A stretch of DNA of 64,000 nt from Eledone cirrhosa (GCA_964016885.1 OZ024742.1:271188001-271252000); one strand, 5' to 3'. Counted from the stretch's first letter, positions 1-13,398 are shown. Notes: generated from the sequence alone by a model not told the origin. Made by a program: numbers and translations.

Positions 1-23
1 TATATTTATCTATCTATCTCTCT

Positions 24-77
<54 letters not shown>

Positions 78-84
78 ATATATT

Positions 85-135
<51 letters not shown>

Positions 136-136
136 T

Positions 137-188
<52 letters not shown>

Positions 189-361
189 TATTTATCTATC
201 TATCTCTCTATCTCTCTCTCTATATATATATAGTAACGAAATATAAGTCCATTGTATGAACTCATAATCCTTTATTTACTGCTATATATATTTCGATGAT
301 ATATATATATATATATGAGGTGATATTAAATAAATGGAAACTATATTTATAAAACCATATT

Positions 362-425
362 TATTTTATTATAAATATTTCAAGGGCACCAAGACAACAT
401 TGGTACGCTTTCATCAGATAAAATA
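362..425 (-). ncRNA. Type I hammerhead ribozyme in 3' pseudo-LTR of Naiad-like PLE
   Basis: Minus strand: TATTTTAT-CTGATGA-AAGCGTACCAA(loop)TTGGTGCCCTT-GAA-ATATTTAT-A-ATAAAATA, giving helix I of 8 bp, helix II of ~10 bp and an AUA cleavage triplet. Confidence 0.75.
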
Positions 426-625
426 CAAAGTTTGTTTTATAAATAGAGATGTACCCATGAAAATCATACTTTATCGGTTGGAAATTCACTGGATAGTGGA
501 AATAAATTAGGGAGTATTCAAACTCATGTGTGAATATGCAAATGAATATGTAAATAATTGAAAAACACCCGTTTATTTAAACGTCTATGGAGAAAGTGAG
601 AGAGAAGATATCAGGAGAGAAAGAT

Positions 626-700
<75 letters not shown>

Positions 701-3310
701 TATAGAGAGAGAGAGAGAGAGTGAAGAAATAAACAAGAGAGGATGAATAAAACTCATATAACGTTAATTTGGGGGAAATATATTCTAAGTATATATCTTA
801 ATAGTACGTGTATTTACGATTATTAGTTGTTTAAAATTCGTATATAATATAATATTTTCTGTTATAAGTAGATAAATAAATAAATAAATAAATAAATAGA
901 TAATTAAATAAATAGATGGGTATATCATGTTATAGATAATTGTTTTAATCAGTTATGAAGGATATTGGTTTTTGTATTTAATGTAAATAAATATTAAGTT
1001 AAATTAAATTAAATTAACTGAGTTAATAAGAATATTTATATTTATATATTTTAAAATGGGAAGATACGGAAAAAACTACAGTTTAATTTATTTATTCGTT
1101 AGTAGTTAATGAATAGTCCATATTCTTGCATTTTAAGTTCCTTACCAGGTTTGAAAGAGATGTTGAAGATTTTTTATCAAATCTTCTGAAAGCCTTTGTG
1201 ATTATTCGAGCGATTTTAAATTCTGTAGAAGTTGCAGCTACAGAGTTAAATATATTATCACTAGTTTTAACTGTACATTTATAGACCACGACCTTATCTA
1301 AACACTTATTTTGTAAAGGACAGTTTGATTTAATTCTACAGTTACATTTTGCGGAGTTGTTATTATTCAGAACGGTACTATTATGTTGTATATTGCTAAA
1401 GATATTACTGCTATTTTGGTTATTTTTGTTAGGGTTTACATTTCTATTATTAATGTTGTGCTATGTTCATAATAGTAGAGTAGGATAGTTTTATAGCATG
1501 TCTGTTAAAGTTTGAGTGGTATCTGTGGGGTTTAGGAAAACATTTATCTAGCGCTTTAAAGAATAGCTTTGCTAAAGGTGTTTTTACCCTTACTGAGAAT
1601 GGGGGTGAGTACCAAATAATATTTCTAGTTCTCTTTCTTCTGTTAGTTTTAGAGTTTAAGTTAAATTGTTCATTATAATTATAATTAATTGTAGGGTTAT
1701 TTGCCTTATTACTGTTGTCGATGTATTTAATCTTATGTATATACCCTGCTCTATTTAAAACTTCATTATAATATTCTGCCTTATCGTCAAAAATGTTTTT
1801 ATTAGCGGAATGCGTGAAATACGTTGTTGGATAGAATTGACAATAATGTTCTTGATAGATCTAGGATGATTAGAGTTAAAACTTACATAGTTTAGATTAT
1901 AATTAAATTTATGGAATGGATTGTAGAGCCCTGTGTTAAGGTTTAATGTTACGTCTAAAAAGTTAACAATTTTATAGTTATTCTCTGTTTCTAACTTAAG
2001 GTTGTAGCTATTGAAGAATTGTATTATGGATTTTCTTTTCCTATTAATTTCACAATTACTATGATTTTCAATTGAAAGCAGCATATCATCACTATATAAA
2101 CCACCGGTCATCTCTGGTATTTTTCTATGCAGTGTGTTATTAATAAATAGCCCCACAAGATCCGTTATTTGCGCCGAGTCTGATGATCCCATGGTGATAT
2201 CAACATTATTTGTCCTATCATCCAGAGATGATTGTTGAATTCAATTAAAGTTTTCCGTGCAGTTAAAATGACATGCATTTCTTCGCTAGATAAATCTGTA
2301 TGTTTAGATGCATAGATAAGAGCTTTCTTAAGTAAACTAGGAGTAATAGAGGAGGTTGCAATATCCAATTGAATGAATTTTTTGTTATGTTTAAATTTTA
2401 TGTTATTGAACCAATCTATAACCTCGTTAATACCGTTTCATAGTTAAGATATTTCTTTAAGTTGCAGTATGATTCTATATAACATATGTTTAGTAACTAT
2501 GCCTAAGTCTGATTTAGATGGTGCTATGAGTGTGACTGGTAGTTCTTATTTGGTCTTTCAGGTTAATTTTCGGTCTTCTAGGTATAAAGGTTTCGGTCCT
2601 ATTTTCGATGCCTAATTTATAAATTATTTTAGAAGCTTTTCTATTTACCATTTCAAGATCTTCATTAGCTGTTATTTTGTAGCCTTTCCTTAGTTCTTTC
2701 AATATAAGGTTATTGTATACGTCCTTTTGCATTCCGTATAAATTGTTAGTTTTGTTAGATTTTACGAGGATTTTCTTAGTTTTTTCAAGATTGTCTATAT
2801 TATTCTTGAGGCCTTTAAGGTATTACTGGCCTTCAAATTGTTTTTTCTTGAATTTGATGTTTTGTATAATCGATATTATTTCATTTTCAAGTTTCGTTAA
2901 CTGTTTGTTGTTAGGTGTTTTTTTCTTGGAATTGAAGATCATATCGAAATTATAACTGGATTTATTTGTTATTTTCATCTTATTTTCTATCGAAATAGAA
3001 GGCACGCCATCTAAGTCTTCGTATAAAGGAGTCATATTTCTCAATGAGTTGTTTAAGATAGTCCTTATTCTTAGGTAAAGGTACATATTTTAGAGAAGAA
3101 GAAATCCTAAATAATTCCATTATTCAGCAATCAGTTATAATTTAAAGTGCTCAACATTAAATGAGGTATTTATAAGTAGAAGGGGTATTTAATTTGTTGG
3201 AAGTTCGACAAATATAAATGTTTATAACGGATTAAGAGTACTCAACAGATTACTGGAGTAAATATTCAATGATATTAAAAAAATGGAAACTATATTTATA
3301 AAACCATACA

Positions 3311-3374
3311 TATTTTATTATATATATTTCAAGGGTACCAATACAACATTGATACGCTTTCATCAGAGAAAATA
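3311..3374 (-). ncRNA. Type I hammerhead ribozyme in 5' pseudo-LTR of Naiad-like PLE
   Basis: Homologue of 362-425: CTGATGA core, helix II, GAA, palindromic (AT)n helix III and the ATAAAATA helix I strand. Confidence 0.72.
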
Positions 3375-3654
3375 CAATATTTGTTTAATAAATAGAGACG
3401 TACCAATGAAAATCATACCTTATCGGTTGGACATTCCCTGGATAGTGGAAATATATTAGGAATTATTGAAACTTATGTGTGAATATGCAAATGAATATAT
3501 AAATAGTTGAAAAACAACCGTTTATTTAAACGACTGTACTCTAATTCAGTTGTAAACATCTATATTTTTCGGACTTCCAACAAATTAAATACCCCTTATA
3601 CTTATATATATATATATATATATGTATACATATAAATATATATATATATATGCT

Positions 3655-3695
<41 letters not shown>

Positions 3696-3816
3696 GTATA
3701 TATATATATATACATATTAATATATACACATATGTATATATATATATATATATAAATATATGTATGTATATACATATATATGTCAATATAAATATATGTA
3801 TATATATATATATATA

Positions 3817-3857
<41 letters not shown>

Positions 3858-3874
3858 CTATATGTATATGTATG

Positions 3875-3971
<97 letters not shown>

Positions 3972-4046
3972 ATACACATATATGTCAATATAAATATATG
4001 TATATATATATATATATATATTAATATATATATATATATATATATA

Positions 4047-4974
4047 TAGAAACACACAGATACATGCGGACACACACATATACATGAATGCATCCACACC
4101 CAACCGTGTGTTAAGGGTCCCAACCTCACCGATGTTGCTCAATGAATGACTGGGACAGACCAATTCGGTTGAACTAGACTGAACCAGTATCAGAGTTAAA
4201 AATACATTATGAAGAGAGAAGAAACCTTTAGATATAATTAATAATAAAATGTATCATACCTAACCTGCTCCTAGATTCCTCGACTACGTAGTTTCGTGGC
4301 ATAAACAAAAACAATACATCATAAAGATATAGAGTCCCTGAGAGGTCTGCCGACTTATCAAGAGGATACCTCATTTTACTAGTCTCAAGAACGCGTCTAC
4401 ACGACGTGAGAAAGAATCCCAAAAGGCGGAGGGGGAGATAGTCACGCGATATAACGGTCGAGAAACAGTGCTAAGCATCCTATAACCCCGAAGAAAATAC
4501 CACAGAGGCGGAGGGGGTATTTATATCGAAGCCGTAGAAGAGGTGGTGAAGGGGGCGAGAAGTATGAGTAATGGCAGCTTTCCAGCAGTCACCACACTTC
4601 AAAGATCACTCAGCCAGAGGGAGTTATTAACAATATATTTAGAAACACACAGATACATGCGGACACACACATATACATGAATGCATCCACATCCAACCGT
4701 GAGTTAATGGTGCCAAACTCACCGATGTTGCTCAATGAATGACTGGGACAGAACAATTCGGTTGAACTAGACTGAACCAGTATCAGAGTTAAAAATACAT
4801 TATGAAGAGAGAAGAAACATTTAGATATAATTAGTAATAAAATGTATCATACCTAAACTGCTCCTAGATTCCTCGACTACGTAGTTTCGTGGCATAAACA
4901 AAAAACAATACATCATAAAGATATAGAGTCCCTGCGAGGTCTGCCGACTTATCAAGAGGATACCTCATTTTACT
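4047..4974 (-). repeat. Partial tandem dimer (~593-bp period) carrying a variant HHR in each copy
   Basis: 4047-4382 is repeated at ~4639-4974 with few changes, and the whole is flanked by (TA)n. Confidence 0.85.
4277..4366 (-). ncRNA. Hammerhead ribozyme, U3-A8 core variant, long helix II insertion (second copy 4870-4960)
   Basis: Minus strand: TCCTC-TTGATAA-GTCGGCA...TGCCAC-GAA-ACTACGTAGT-C-GAGGA. Confidence 0.7.
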
Positions 4975-5003
4975 ATATATATATTTCTATATGTATATGT
5001 ATG

Positions 5004-5046
<43 letters not shown>

Positions 5047-5474
5047 ACTAGAAATAGATTGACATATATATATTTAAGATAAACATATGAAACAATCACA
5101 GGGAGTAATTTGTAAAGAATGTAAGCACACATAGCTAGAAAGGTAACTAATTAAATTTTAACTAGAATTAGAAATATAGTTACCTTTTAAAATGAATAAT
5201 CTCCTTTGTACTATTTCTAGTAAGAAATATATTTCTCCAATTAATCCGTAAATCATAGTAGTCAAATTCGCGGATGGTCACCAAAGGAGAAGAAGATAAC
5301 TATCTACGTTTACAAAGCAAATGCAAATCTGTGAATGACTCGAACCACGTGTTTCATTTAAAAAAAAAAATACACACATTGCACATCCTGACCGCTGCTA
5401 CGTCACGATTCTTAGCCATTTTGAATGAATTCTTGGCTCGATCACTTTGGAAAATTTAATGTCTGGATCAGAGC

Positions 5475-5555
5475 AAATCTCCTGATGAGTCCGATGCTCG
5501 AGTTCCAAAGTTATTGGAAATCTCAAAATGCGGCGAAACCATGGTAGATGTATTT
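5475..5555 (+). ncRNA. Degenerate hammerhead ribozyme in a dispersed repeat (homologue ~37120-37200)
   Basis: CTGATGA-GTCCG...CGGC-GAA-ACCATGGT-A with a weak helix I. Flanks 5390-5815 resemble 37035-37485. Confidence 0.5.
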
Positions 5556-5816
5556 AAATGTATTCTATTTTCTCCTAGTTTATTTTACACCTAATTATTT
5601 TAATTGACTGTATCTGGGCAATTACGCTGTCGAAATATTCGATAAATATTCCGTCGCGGCCGACGCAAAGGGCTAGTTTCGGTTATTTGTTGGAGATTTC
5701 TTCATAGAAGCCTTATTCTTATAGCCTGGAGTATTCGATTGTTTATATAGATAATTGTGCTAATTGTGAGAGGAAATGGTATATATTTAATCTGGTGATT
5801 CTATAGACATGTTTTA

Positions 5817-5855
<39 letters not shown>

Positions 5856-5882
5856 TATACGTAACGCGATCTTTATTATTAC

Positions 5883-5914
<32 letters not shown>

Positions 5915-6097
5915 TTGGTGCTCTGAAATAGTGATGTATATACGAATGTATGTATATATATATATATATATATATGTATGTACAAGATATGTATAATATA
6001 TATAAAATGTGGGTATTGTGTATGTGTGTGTATGTGTGCGTATATGTATATGTATGTGTATGTATATATATATATGTATATTTATATATTACACACA

Positions 6098-6177
<80 letters not shown>

Positions 6178-6879
6178 CAACATGGATATTAAATTTGTTG
6201 GTAATGCTACAAATATATTTGAGCGTATTGATGTTTGCTTAAAGCATTGTGGAATAATAAAAAATTTGGTCCTTTTGGAAGCCTCAACAATGCAGATGGG
6301 TAAATCTCCGGGTAGTAAAATCCAGTGGTGAAAAGAGAAATGTAAGAGGAAATGTAGAATGAGATGTATAGTGTGTAGAGGAACGTAGGAAAGAGCGTAA
6401 AATAAAATAAATAACACGAGATAGAGTTACCTTGGGAGAGATTTAATTGTCCCTATATTACGGATTTCGCATCCAACAACTGGGGGTTTTTCCGAGGGGG
6501 AAAGTTATATGTCGCGGATGAACGGTACGGGGCCTCTGTTGTCCGCCGTGTGTGTGTAGCTGAGATATTCTGTAGAGCGTGCGTGCGCAGGTAATATATG
6601 CGGACAAGCAAAGGTCGAGGCAGCTCCTCTTTATTGTGGGAGTGAGATGGTGCGAGCTGTCAATCCTTTATACTACCTATATTCAGTATTTGTTACTGGC
6701 AGTGTAGACGTCTGCCTGGTCGATTGTTGGTCGGTGGATGGTGGGGCCGCTATACCCACAATAACAATCGTTCGAATGCCACTGTGTGTGTGTGCGTGTG
6801 CTGTTGTTTCGTTTGTTTACACCAACCACCTCGTCTCGCTTCTCTCGGATCGGTTATTTATTTGTGGTCCTAGGCGTTT

Positions 6880-7362
6880 GATCCAAATATATATGCTTAT
6901 AACTGATTTGAAACACTTGACAAGTTTTCTGGAGTATAATATCAATGATATTAAATAAATAGAAAAAAAAAATAGATATTAAATAAATAATAATAGATAT
7001 TAACTAAATATTAAATAAATAATAATAGATATTAAATAAATAGAAAAAAAAATGAGTAATCCATATTTATTCTATTATATATATATATATTTCAATGGTA
7101 CCAAAACTTTTGTACGCCCTCATCAGATAAAATACAAAAGTTTGTTTTATAAATATTGACATATCCAGGAAGAAGATCTTAACGGTTCAAGTTTTTCCTG
7201 GATAGTAAAAAGAAAGAAGGGAAAGAGAAAAAAGTCAAATATTTCAAATTATTATGATGAGTATACCTCAACCTCATTTGCATACTCATCTTAATAATTT
7301 GAAATATTTGACTTTTCTTCTCATTCCCTTCCTTCCTTTTACTATCCAGGAAAAACTTGAAC
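6880..7362 (-). mobile_element. Solo Naiad-like pseudo-LTR with HHR (7068-7134) and inverted duplication (~7186-7265 / 7282-7361)
   Basis: Similar to 3220-3490. The minus strand carries a CTGATGA...GAAATATAT HHR. The fold-back arms enclose ATTTGCAT at 7276-7283. Confidence 0.7.
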
Positions 7363-8263
7363 TTGTAGATAAATTTACATATAGGGAAGTGAATATGTGA
7401 GCTAGTATGCCCCCCCCCCCCACAATTCCTCTCCCAAACCAATCTCAACAACACATCTTTGACAAATGTTCCCAAACTATCCTTCTTTCTCTTTTTCCTG
7501 TCATCCCATTCTTTTCAAAAGACATGTATCTTACACCTCAATAAAACCCAGACAAGCACCTAAATTCATCTTTGATATAGAAATTAGTTGAAGGTATTCT
7601 TTGTGGATTTGGAAGAGTTGATTCAGCTATGACATTATAGACTCATCAAATGTCAGCTAATGGAATAAAGCCAGAAGGAGAGTAGGTTTACAACGACCTC
7701 CTCAAAACCCTTATCTTGCAACCTAACCATTTTCCGTATATGTGTGTATGTGTGATTGTGTGTGTACGTGTGTGTGTGTAGGTGTGTGTGTGTGTGTGGT
7801 GTGTGTGTGTATGTGTGTGTGTGTGTGTATGCTTTAATTCCTCCGGACCTACATCATCATCAATACTCATTAACACCACACCTCACTCTCATCCAAATTT
7901 CTCTTATATATAGTCACACATTTCAAAACAACCTGAGCTCAGTTTGACAATCGCCACAGATAGACGAATGCGAGAAAAGTTCTCCAACCCACGTTGACCA
8001 GAAATCTTTAAAATTCTTCCCAGCGAAGTTAACAAAGAACTTACTGGATCTACCAAGTCATAATATTATCATATTATAAAATTAAATCAACATTTTTTTA
8101 ACACTACAAGTGAAGTCAACCTTTTACCTTTTTTTCAAATATATATATAAACTTTAATCTGTTATTTTAATAAATATTTGCTCTACGGTTCTTATATATT
8201 TGATATATATTTATCCTTATCGAGGCCTCTTTGCATTTTAGTCTTCAAATGTATTATTATTAC

Positions 8264-8303
<40 letters not shown>

Positions 8304-8318
8304 TATATACATATATAT

Positions 8319-8359
<41 letters not shown>

Positions 8360-8415
8360 TTTTAATATAGAGAGATTCTACAGGACTAGAACTGTTTCAT
8401 TCTTTAGAAATCATC

Positions 8416-8464
8416 GATTCCTGATGATTTCTAAAGAATGAAACAGTTCTAGTCCTGTAGAATC
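8416..8464 (+). ncRNA. Compact type I hammerhead ribozyme inside an inverted duplication 8357-8482 (degenerate homologue 57137-57185, minus)
   Basis: GATTC-CTGATGA-TTTCTAAAGAAT-GAA-ACAG(ttctagtc)CTGT-A-GAATC. Confidence 0.75.
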
Positions 8465-8561
8465 TCATCTATATTAAAACTTTTATATTCTGCAATGTTT
8501 TGAGTACCTTACTTACTGTGGTTACCTCCTATTCAACCCGGAATAACGTATATATATATAT

Positions 8562-8949
8562 ATATTTATTCAGGTTTGAGGTTCACCACTGTATAGAGCT
8601 GGTCTATTCCGTATGGTCAATCGTAATGTAATAATATAGAGAGTACTCAACGTAAAGCAGTTCAACCGTCTTTGTTTTTGTAGTTGGTGGTGCTATTACG
8701 GAGTTAAATATTATAATGACGTCACTCGAGGGCGACCGGCTAAGGTAGAGGGTGCAAGATAGCGGTCGCCCTCGGGTCCTCGATTTTCAGCCTCATGGAT
8801 TTCATCTATTACATTCACGTATTATATTTCGAATACCTGATGATATCACCGGATTCATACGGAACCCGGTCATTGAAATGATCATAGTATAATAAACCTT
8901 TCAAGGATTTACACAAATCCAGCCTCCTCTCATTTCATTATAATATTAT
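8562..8949 (+). mobile_element. Non-autonomous PLE pLTR-like element with HHR (8833-8890) and 5' inverted tail
   Basis: 8721-8949 matches 17545-17770. 8562-8719 is the reverse complement of 17758-17915. The HHR reads ATAC-CTGATGA-..ACCGG..CCGGT..-GAA-ATGATCAT-A-GTAT. Confidence 0.75.
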
Positions 8950-8969
8950 ATATATATGTATATATATAT

Positions 8970-10442
8970 AAATTGAAACAAAATGAAAACGAAATTTCAT
9001 TTCTCACTCTTAGTATGGCACTTACTTAAATGTAAGTATGCATGTATACGTACATACATATATGTATACAGACGTACACTAGCATGCACATATATATATA
9101 TATATATATACATATATATATACATATGCATACAGGTACACATACATATATGCACGTATCAGTTTAGCGGCGCTTATTATAACGTCGCTTTGTTCGTTTG
9201 TAAACAAACTGAACAGCCTGAATTTATGCCATACGGTGTTAAGGCAACCACGTCACCTTTTTGTTCAACACTGACACAGGAACGATGTACTAGTTTCAAG
9301 CTTGTTAGCTATCATCAGCACCGTTTACCCATCTGCCAGATAGTTGAACGTTCGAAAGTATATACTTTCCTTATGAAAATTAACGGCTGAGCAGCCTAAT
9401 TTGCATATTGAGTGAGTTAAATCGGTCAGGCATACCGAAAACGATAAATTGTATATGCATGCTACTATACGTCTGTATACATATATGTATGTACGTATAC
9501 ATGCATACTTACATTTAAGTAAGTGCCATACTAAGAGTGAGAAATGAAATTTCGTTTTCATTTTGTTTCAATTTATCGTTTTCGGTATGCCTGACCGATT
9601 TAACTCACTCAATATGCAAATTAGGCTGCTCAGCCGTTAATTTTCATAAGGAAAGTATATACTTTCGAACGTTCAACTATCTGGCAGTTGGGTAAACGGT
9701 GCTGATGATAGCTAACAAGCTTGAAACTAGTACATCGTTCCTGTGTCAGTGTTGAACAAAAAGGTGACGTGGTTGCCTTAACACCGTATAGCATAAATTC
9801 AGGCTGTTCAGTTTGTTTACAAACGAACAAAGCGACGTTATAATAAGCGCCGTTAAACTGATACGTGCATATATGTATGTGTACCTGTATGCATATGTAT
9901 ATATATATGTATATAAATATATATATATGCATGCTACTATACGTCTGTATACATATACATGCATACTTACATTTAAGTAAGTGCCATACTAAGAGTGAGA
10001 AATGAAATTTCGTTTTCATTTTGCTTCAATTTATCGTTTTCAGTATGCCTGACCGATTTAACTCACTCAATATGCAAATTAGGCTGCTCAGCCGTTAATT
10101 TTCATAAGGAAAGTATATACTTTCGAACGTTCAACTATCTGGCAGATGGGTAAACGGTGCTGATGATAGCTAACAAGCTTGAAACTAGTACATCGTTCCT
10201 GTGTCAGTGTTGAACAAAAACGTGACGTGGTTGCCTTAACACCGTATGGCATAAATTCAGGCTGTTCAGTTTGTTTACAAACGAACAAAGCGACGTTATA
10301 ATAAGCGCCGTTAAACTGATACGTGCATATATGTATGTGTACCTGTATGCATATGTATATATATATGTATATATATATATATATAATCATGCTACTATAC
10401 GTCTGTATACATATATGTATGTACGTATACATGCATACTTAC

Positions 10443-10446
<4 letters not shown>
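8970..10446. repeat. Retrozyme family B array (~458-bp unit, ~3.2 units, divergent inversion at ~9451)
   Basis: One minus-strand unit (HHR 9281-9325) is followed by two plus-strand units (HHR 9695-9739 and 10153-10197). Flanked by (TA)n. Confidence 0.9.
9695..9739 (+). ncRNA. Type I hammerhead ribozyme, family B (also 10153-10197 +, 9281-9325 -)
   Basis: AACGGTG-CTGATGA-TAGC(TAACAA)GCTT-GAA-AC(TA)GT-A-CATCGTT, with a GUA cleavage triplet. Helix I extends via GTTCAAC/GTTGAAC and CTGGCA/TGTCAG. Confidence 0.88.
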
Positions 10447-10502
<56 letters not shown>

Positions 10503-10504
<2 letters not shown>

Positions 10505-13338
10505 TTGGATTTCTGATTGGACTGTCACCTCGAAACTGGATACCAACCTGGACTACACCTGAACTTCCACCATGAATTATTTCATATCCATGAAATTTTC
10601 TTCTGATTCTTGCATTTAAATATTCCCCGACTCTGTACCATTTTCCCTCTACTTCAATCGTCTTACACCACCTTTTTCTCACCCGTCTATATTTCACTTC
10701 CACCCCAGTACCTTCAACATTCCCAATCACAAATCTTTTCTCCGCTAGCTCCATTCTGCCCTCAAGCGGTTCCTTCAACCTCTCCCCCACCTATATGCAT
10801 CCAATTCTCCCTGCATCACTCTAACCTCATCTTCACCAAAACACGATACAACAGTCACATCACATTCTTAAGTCGTTGTATCCATCGCCACCTCATTCCC
10901 GGCGGTTTCCGCCTCAAGTTTCACTCCACCTCTTACTCTCCCCCCACCACTGAGCCCATCCTCCCCCACACCTCTCGGCAGCACATGCGGGCGATCATTC
11001 AATCAACTCTCGCCCATATCTGTCCTCTCGACCGAGATCTCCCCAAGGCCTACCTCCATCTCTACTCCACTTGCCACCCTTTCCTCGCCGAATCCCTTAT
11101 CCAATTCATCCTTTATCTCAATCGGCTTCTTTTTAATTTCCTCACTTCCGCCAAAAAACATAAACTCGAATCTCTCCGATCGCGGCTGCCGTCACCACCC
11201 ATACTCACATCACCTCCAACCCTCACCCCTCTATCCAGTCACCTACCACTGAATCTACGCAAGTTTTGCCCAACCAACTTGACCCCTCCACCTCCGCATT
11301 TTTCACCACCTCACGTCCCTGCACTGTAGTCACCAACCCCAACCCTACCACACCCCGAAGCTGTGCGCTCCCTCCTCGCTCGTGGTTTGCGTTTTATACC
11401 AACCACATCTACCTGCTACAGGTTCCGCACACGTGCCGAGATTGAATGGTTCTTCCGTCGACTAAAGCTGAAAGCTGTTTTTCACAAAACGCTATCATCG
11501 ACACAGTCGGATGACTCCACTCATCTCAGTCGCCGGCAATCACATTGGACACCAAGCTCTGCCCAGTTCGGCACCCTCGACTCCTTTGTCGATACTTCCC
11601 GGCTTACTGTGAATCGGTTCCTTTTCCACCAGCATTCTCGTGGCTCTAACATCACGCGAACTGAGCTCTCCGCTCTTCGCAACATTCGGTGTCGCGAATA
11701 CATTGTCATGAAACCCGCTGACAAAGGTGGCGCTGGCTGTGGTGGTTTGGAGCGCTGACCTCTATAGGGCTGAGGCTCTCCGCCAGCTTCACAATACCCT
11801 TTTTTACCGCCCTTTAACATCCGACCCCACTCCTGGCTATCAACAACTCGTGTCCTCCACCATCCACGAGCTCATCTTCTCCTCTCACTTACCCCCACAG
11901 CCACCAACCTTATTGTACGCACCCCTCGCGCACTAACCATCTATTTCCTCCCCAAAATACACAAACAAATAATCCTGGCCGCCCCATCGTTTCTGTGTGC
12001 AACTGCCCCAACGAGATAATTTCTGAATATTTAGACACCATCCTCGCCTCGTTGGTCAGCAATCTCCCGTGCCAGAGCCACGATACAAATGCCTTTAGAA
12101 TCTTCAACTCGTTCTCCTTCCCACCTGGTCCCTCACTCCTTCTCTTTACCAGCATTTTTTTAGATTTAGCCCCTACCCCTTGCCCAGCACTACTCCGTCT
12201 GGCTGAGCTTGTTCTCCCCCTTAATGGATATCCTTTTACCAGCAGATCTCTTGGTTAGCGATGGGAACTAGAATGGTTCCAAACTATGCCAAATTGTTTG
12301 TTGGCTACGTCGAAGCCCATATCTTCTCCCAGTACGCTGGACCGACTCCTTAGCTATACAGTTGTTATATCGACGACTGTATCGGCGCCACCTCTCTATC
12401 ACGAGAATAGCTCGACTGTTTTCTTTCTTTTGTCCAATCTTTCTATCCTCCTCTCAATTTCACCACCTACGTCTCCGATTCTTCTGTCGTTTTTCTAGTT
12501 AACTATCTATCTATTAATCACTCGCACTACACCCTCTCTACTTCCATATCCATTAAACCAACAGACTCGCAGTCTTATCTCGATTCACCTCCTCCCATCC
12601 AACCCACACAAAACACTCCATACCCTATTCCCAATTCTTCCGTCTTTGTCGACTCTGTAGCCAGGACGACAATTTCGAAACCCATTCCCTTCGCATGGCT
12701 TCTAGCTTCATCTGGCGTGGGTACCACCCCCGCCCCTTGATCCAAGCAGCTCTCAAACGCACCCGTGAAACTGACCGTACCAGAGCTCTTTCAACTGACC
12801 CCCGCCCTCCCAACACACGTGTTACTTTCCCTCTCACCTACCACCGCATCACCCTACCACTCCGGCGACATATCCTCCGTTACTTCCGTATCCTCTCTTC
12901 TGACCCCGTCACTTCTCGCTTTTTTCCAAACCCACCCATTACTGCTTTTATATTTTTGGATACTCCTGTCGCCCGTCATTTCTGTTCTCCTGGTCATTCT
13001 TCCCTACATGTTTCAGTCCTGGGTGTCCTTTAATATCATGGATCACAGGCCTCGCGCACTAGGAATGAACTAAGTCTGATTCGCCGCCTTGGGTCTTATT
13101 CTCCTCTTGGACTCAAATCACCTCCCCGATTTCTCTAATACCCCGTCCATTATCACACTCCTTGATTCCTATCGATTTCACTTAATCATTTGCAGCTTCT
13201 CTTACCACTAATACATGCCGATACACACACTTATATTAACATACATTTGCTCATAGCTTCGTACTTACATGCACACACACTCTATTACACACATATACAC
13301 ACACATTTCTTCTTCGCCTCGTACGGACCTGTAATAAC

Positions 13339-13398
<60 letters not shown>

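Larger units (their letters stand above)
318..3603 (-). mobile_element. Decayed Penelope-like element (Naiad-like) with direct pseudo-LTRs and a short 5' inverted segment
   Basis: Frameshifted minus-strand ORFs carry PLE RT motifs (MGSSDSAQITDLVGLF, GGLYSDD, FLDVTLNL, YVSFNSNHP). Near 1300-1350 the minus strand reads KCNCRIKSNCPLQNKC-VVYKC (CxCx5Cx5C linker plus GIY-YIG start). There is a direct repeat of ~320-582 at ~3270-3532, and 3550-3603 is an inverted copy of ~3172-3228. Confidence 0.88.

Noticed and set aside
7620-7700. Possible Gypsy RT fragment (HQMSANGIKP)
   Set aside because: Too short and interrupted to support.
8983-10432. MKTKFHFSLL... ORFs of 114-135 aa
   Set aside because: They are antisense to the family B HHR, run through variable TA tracts and are broken in other copies.
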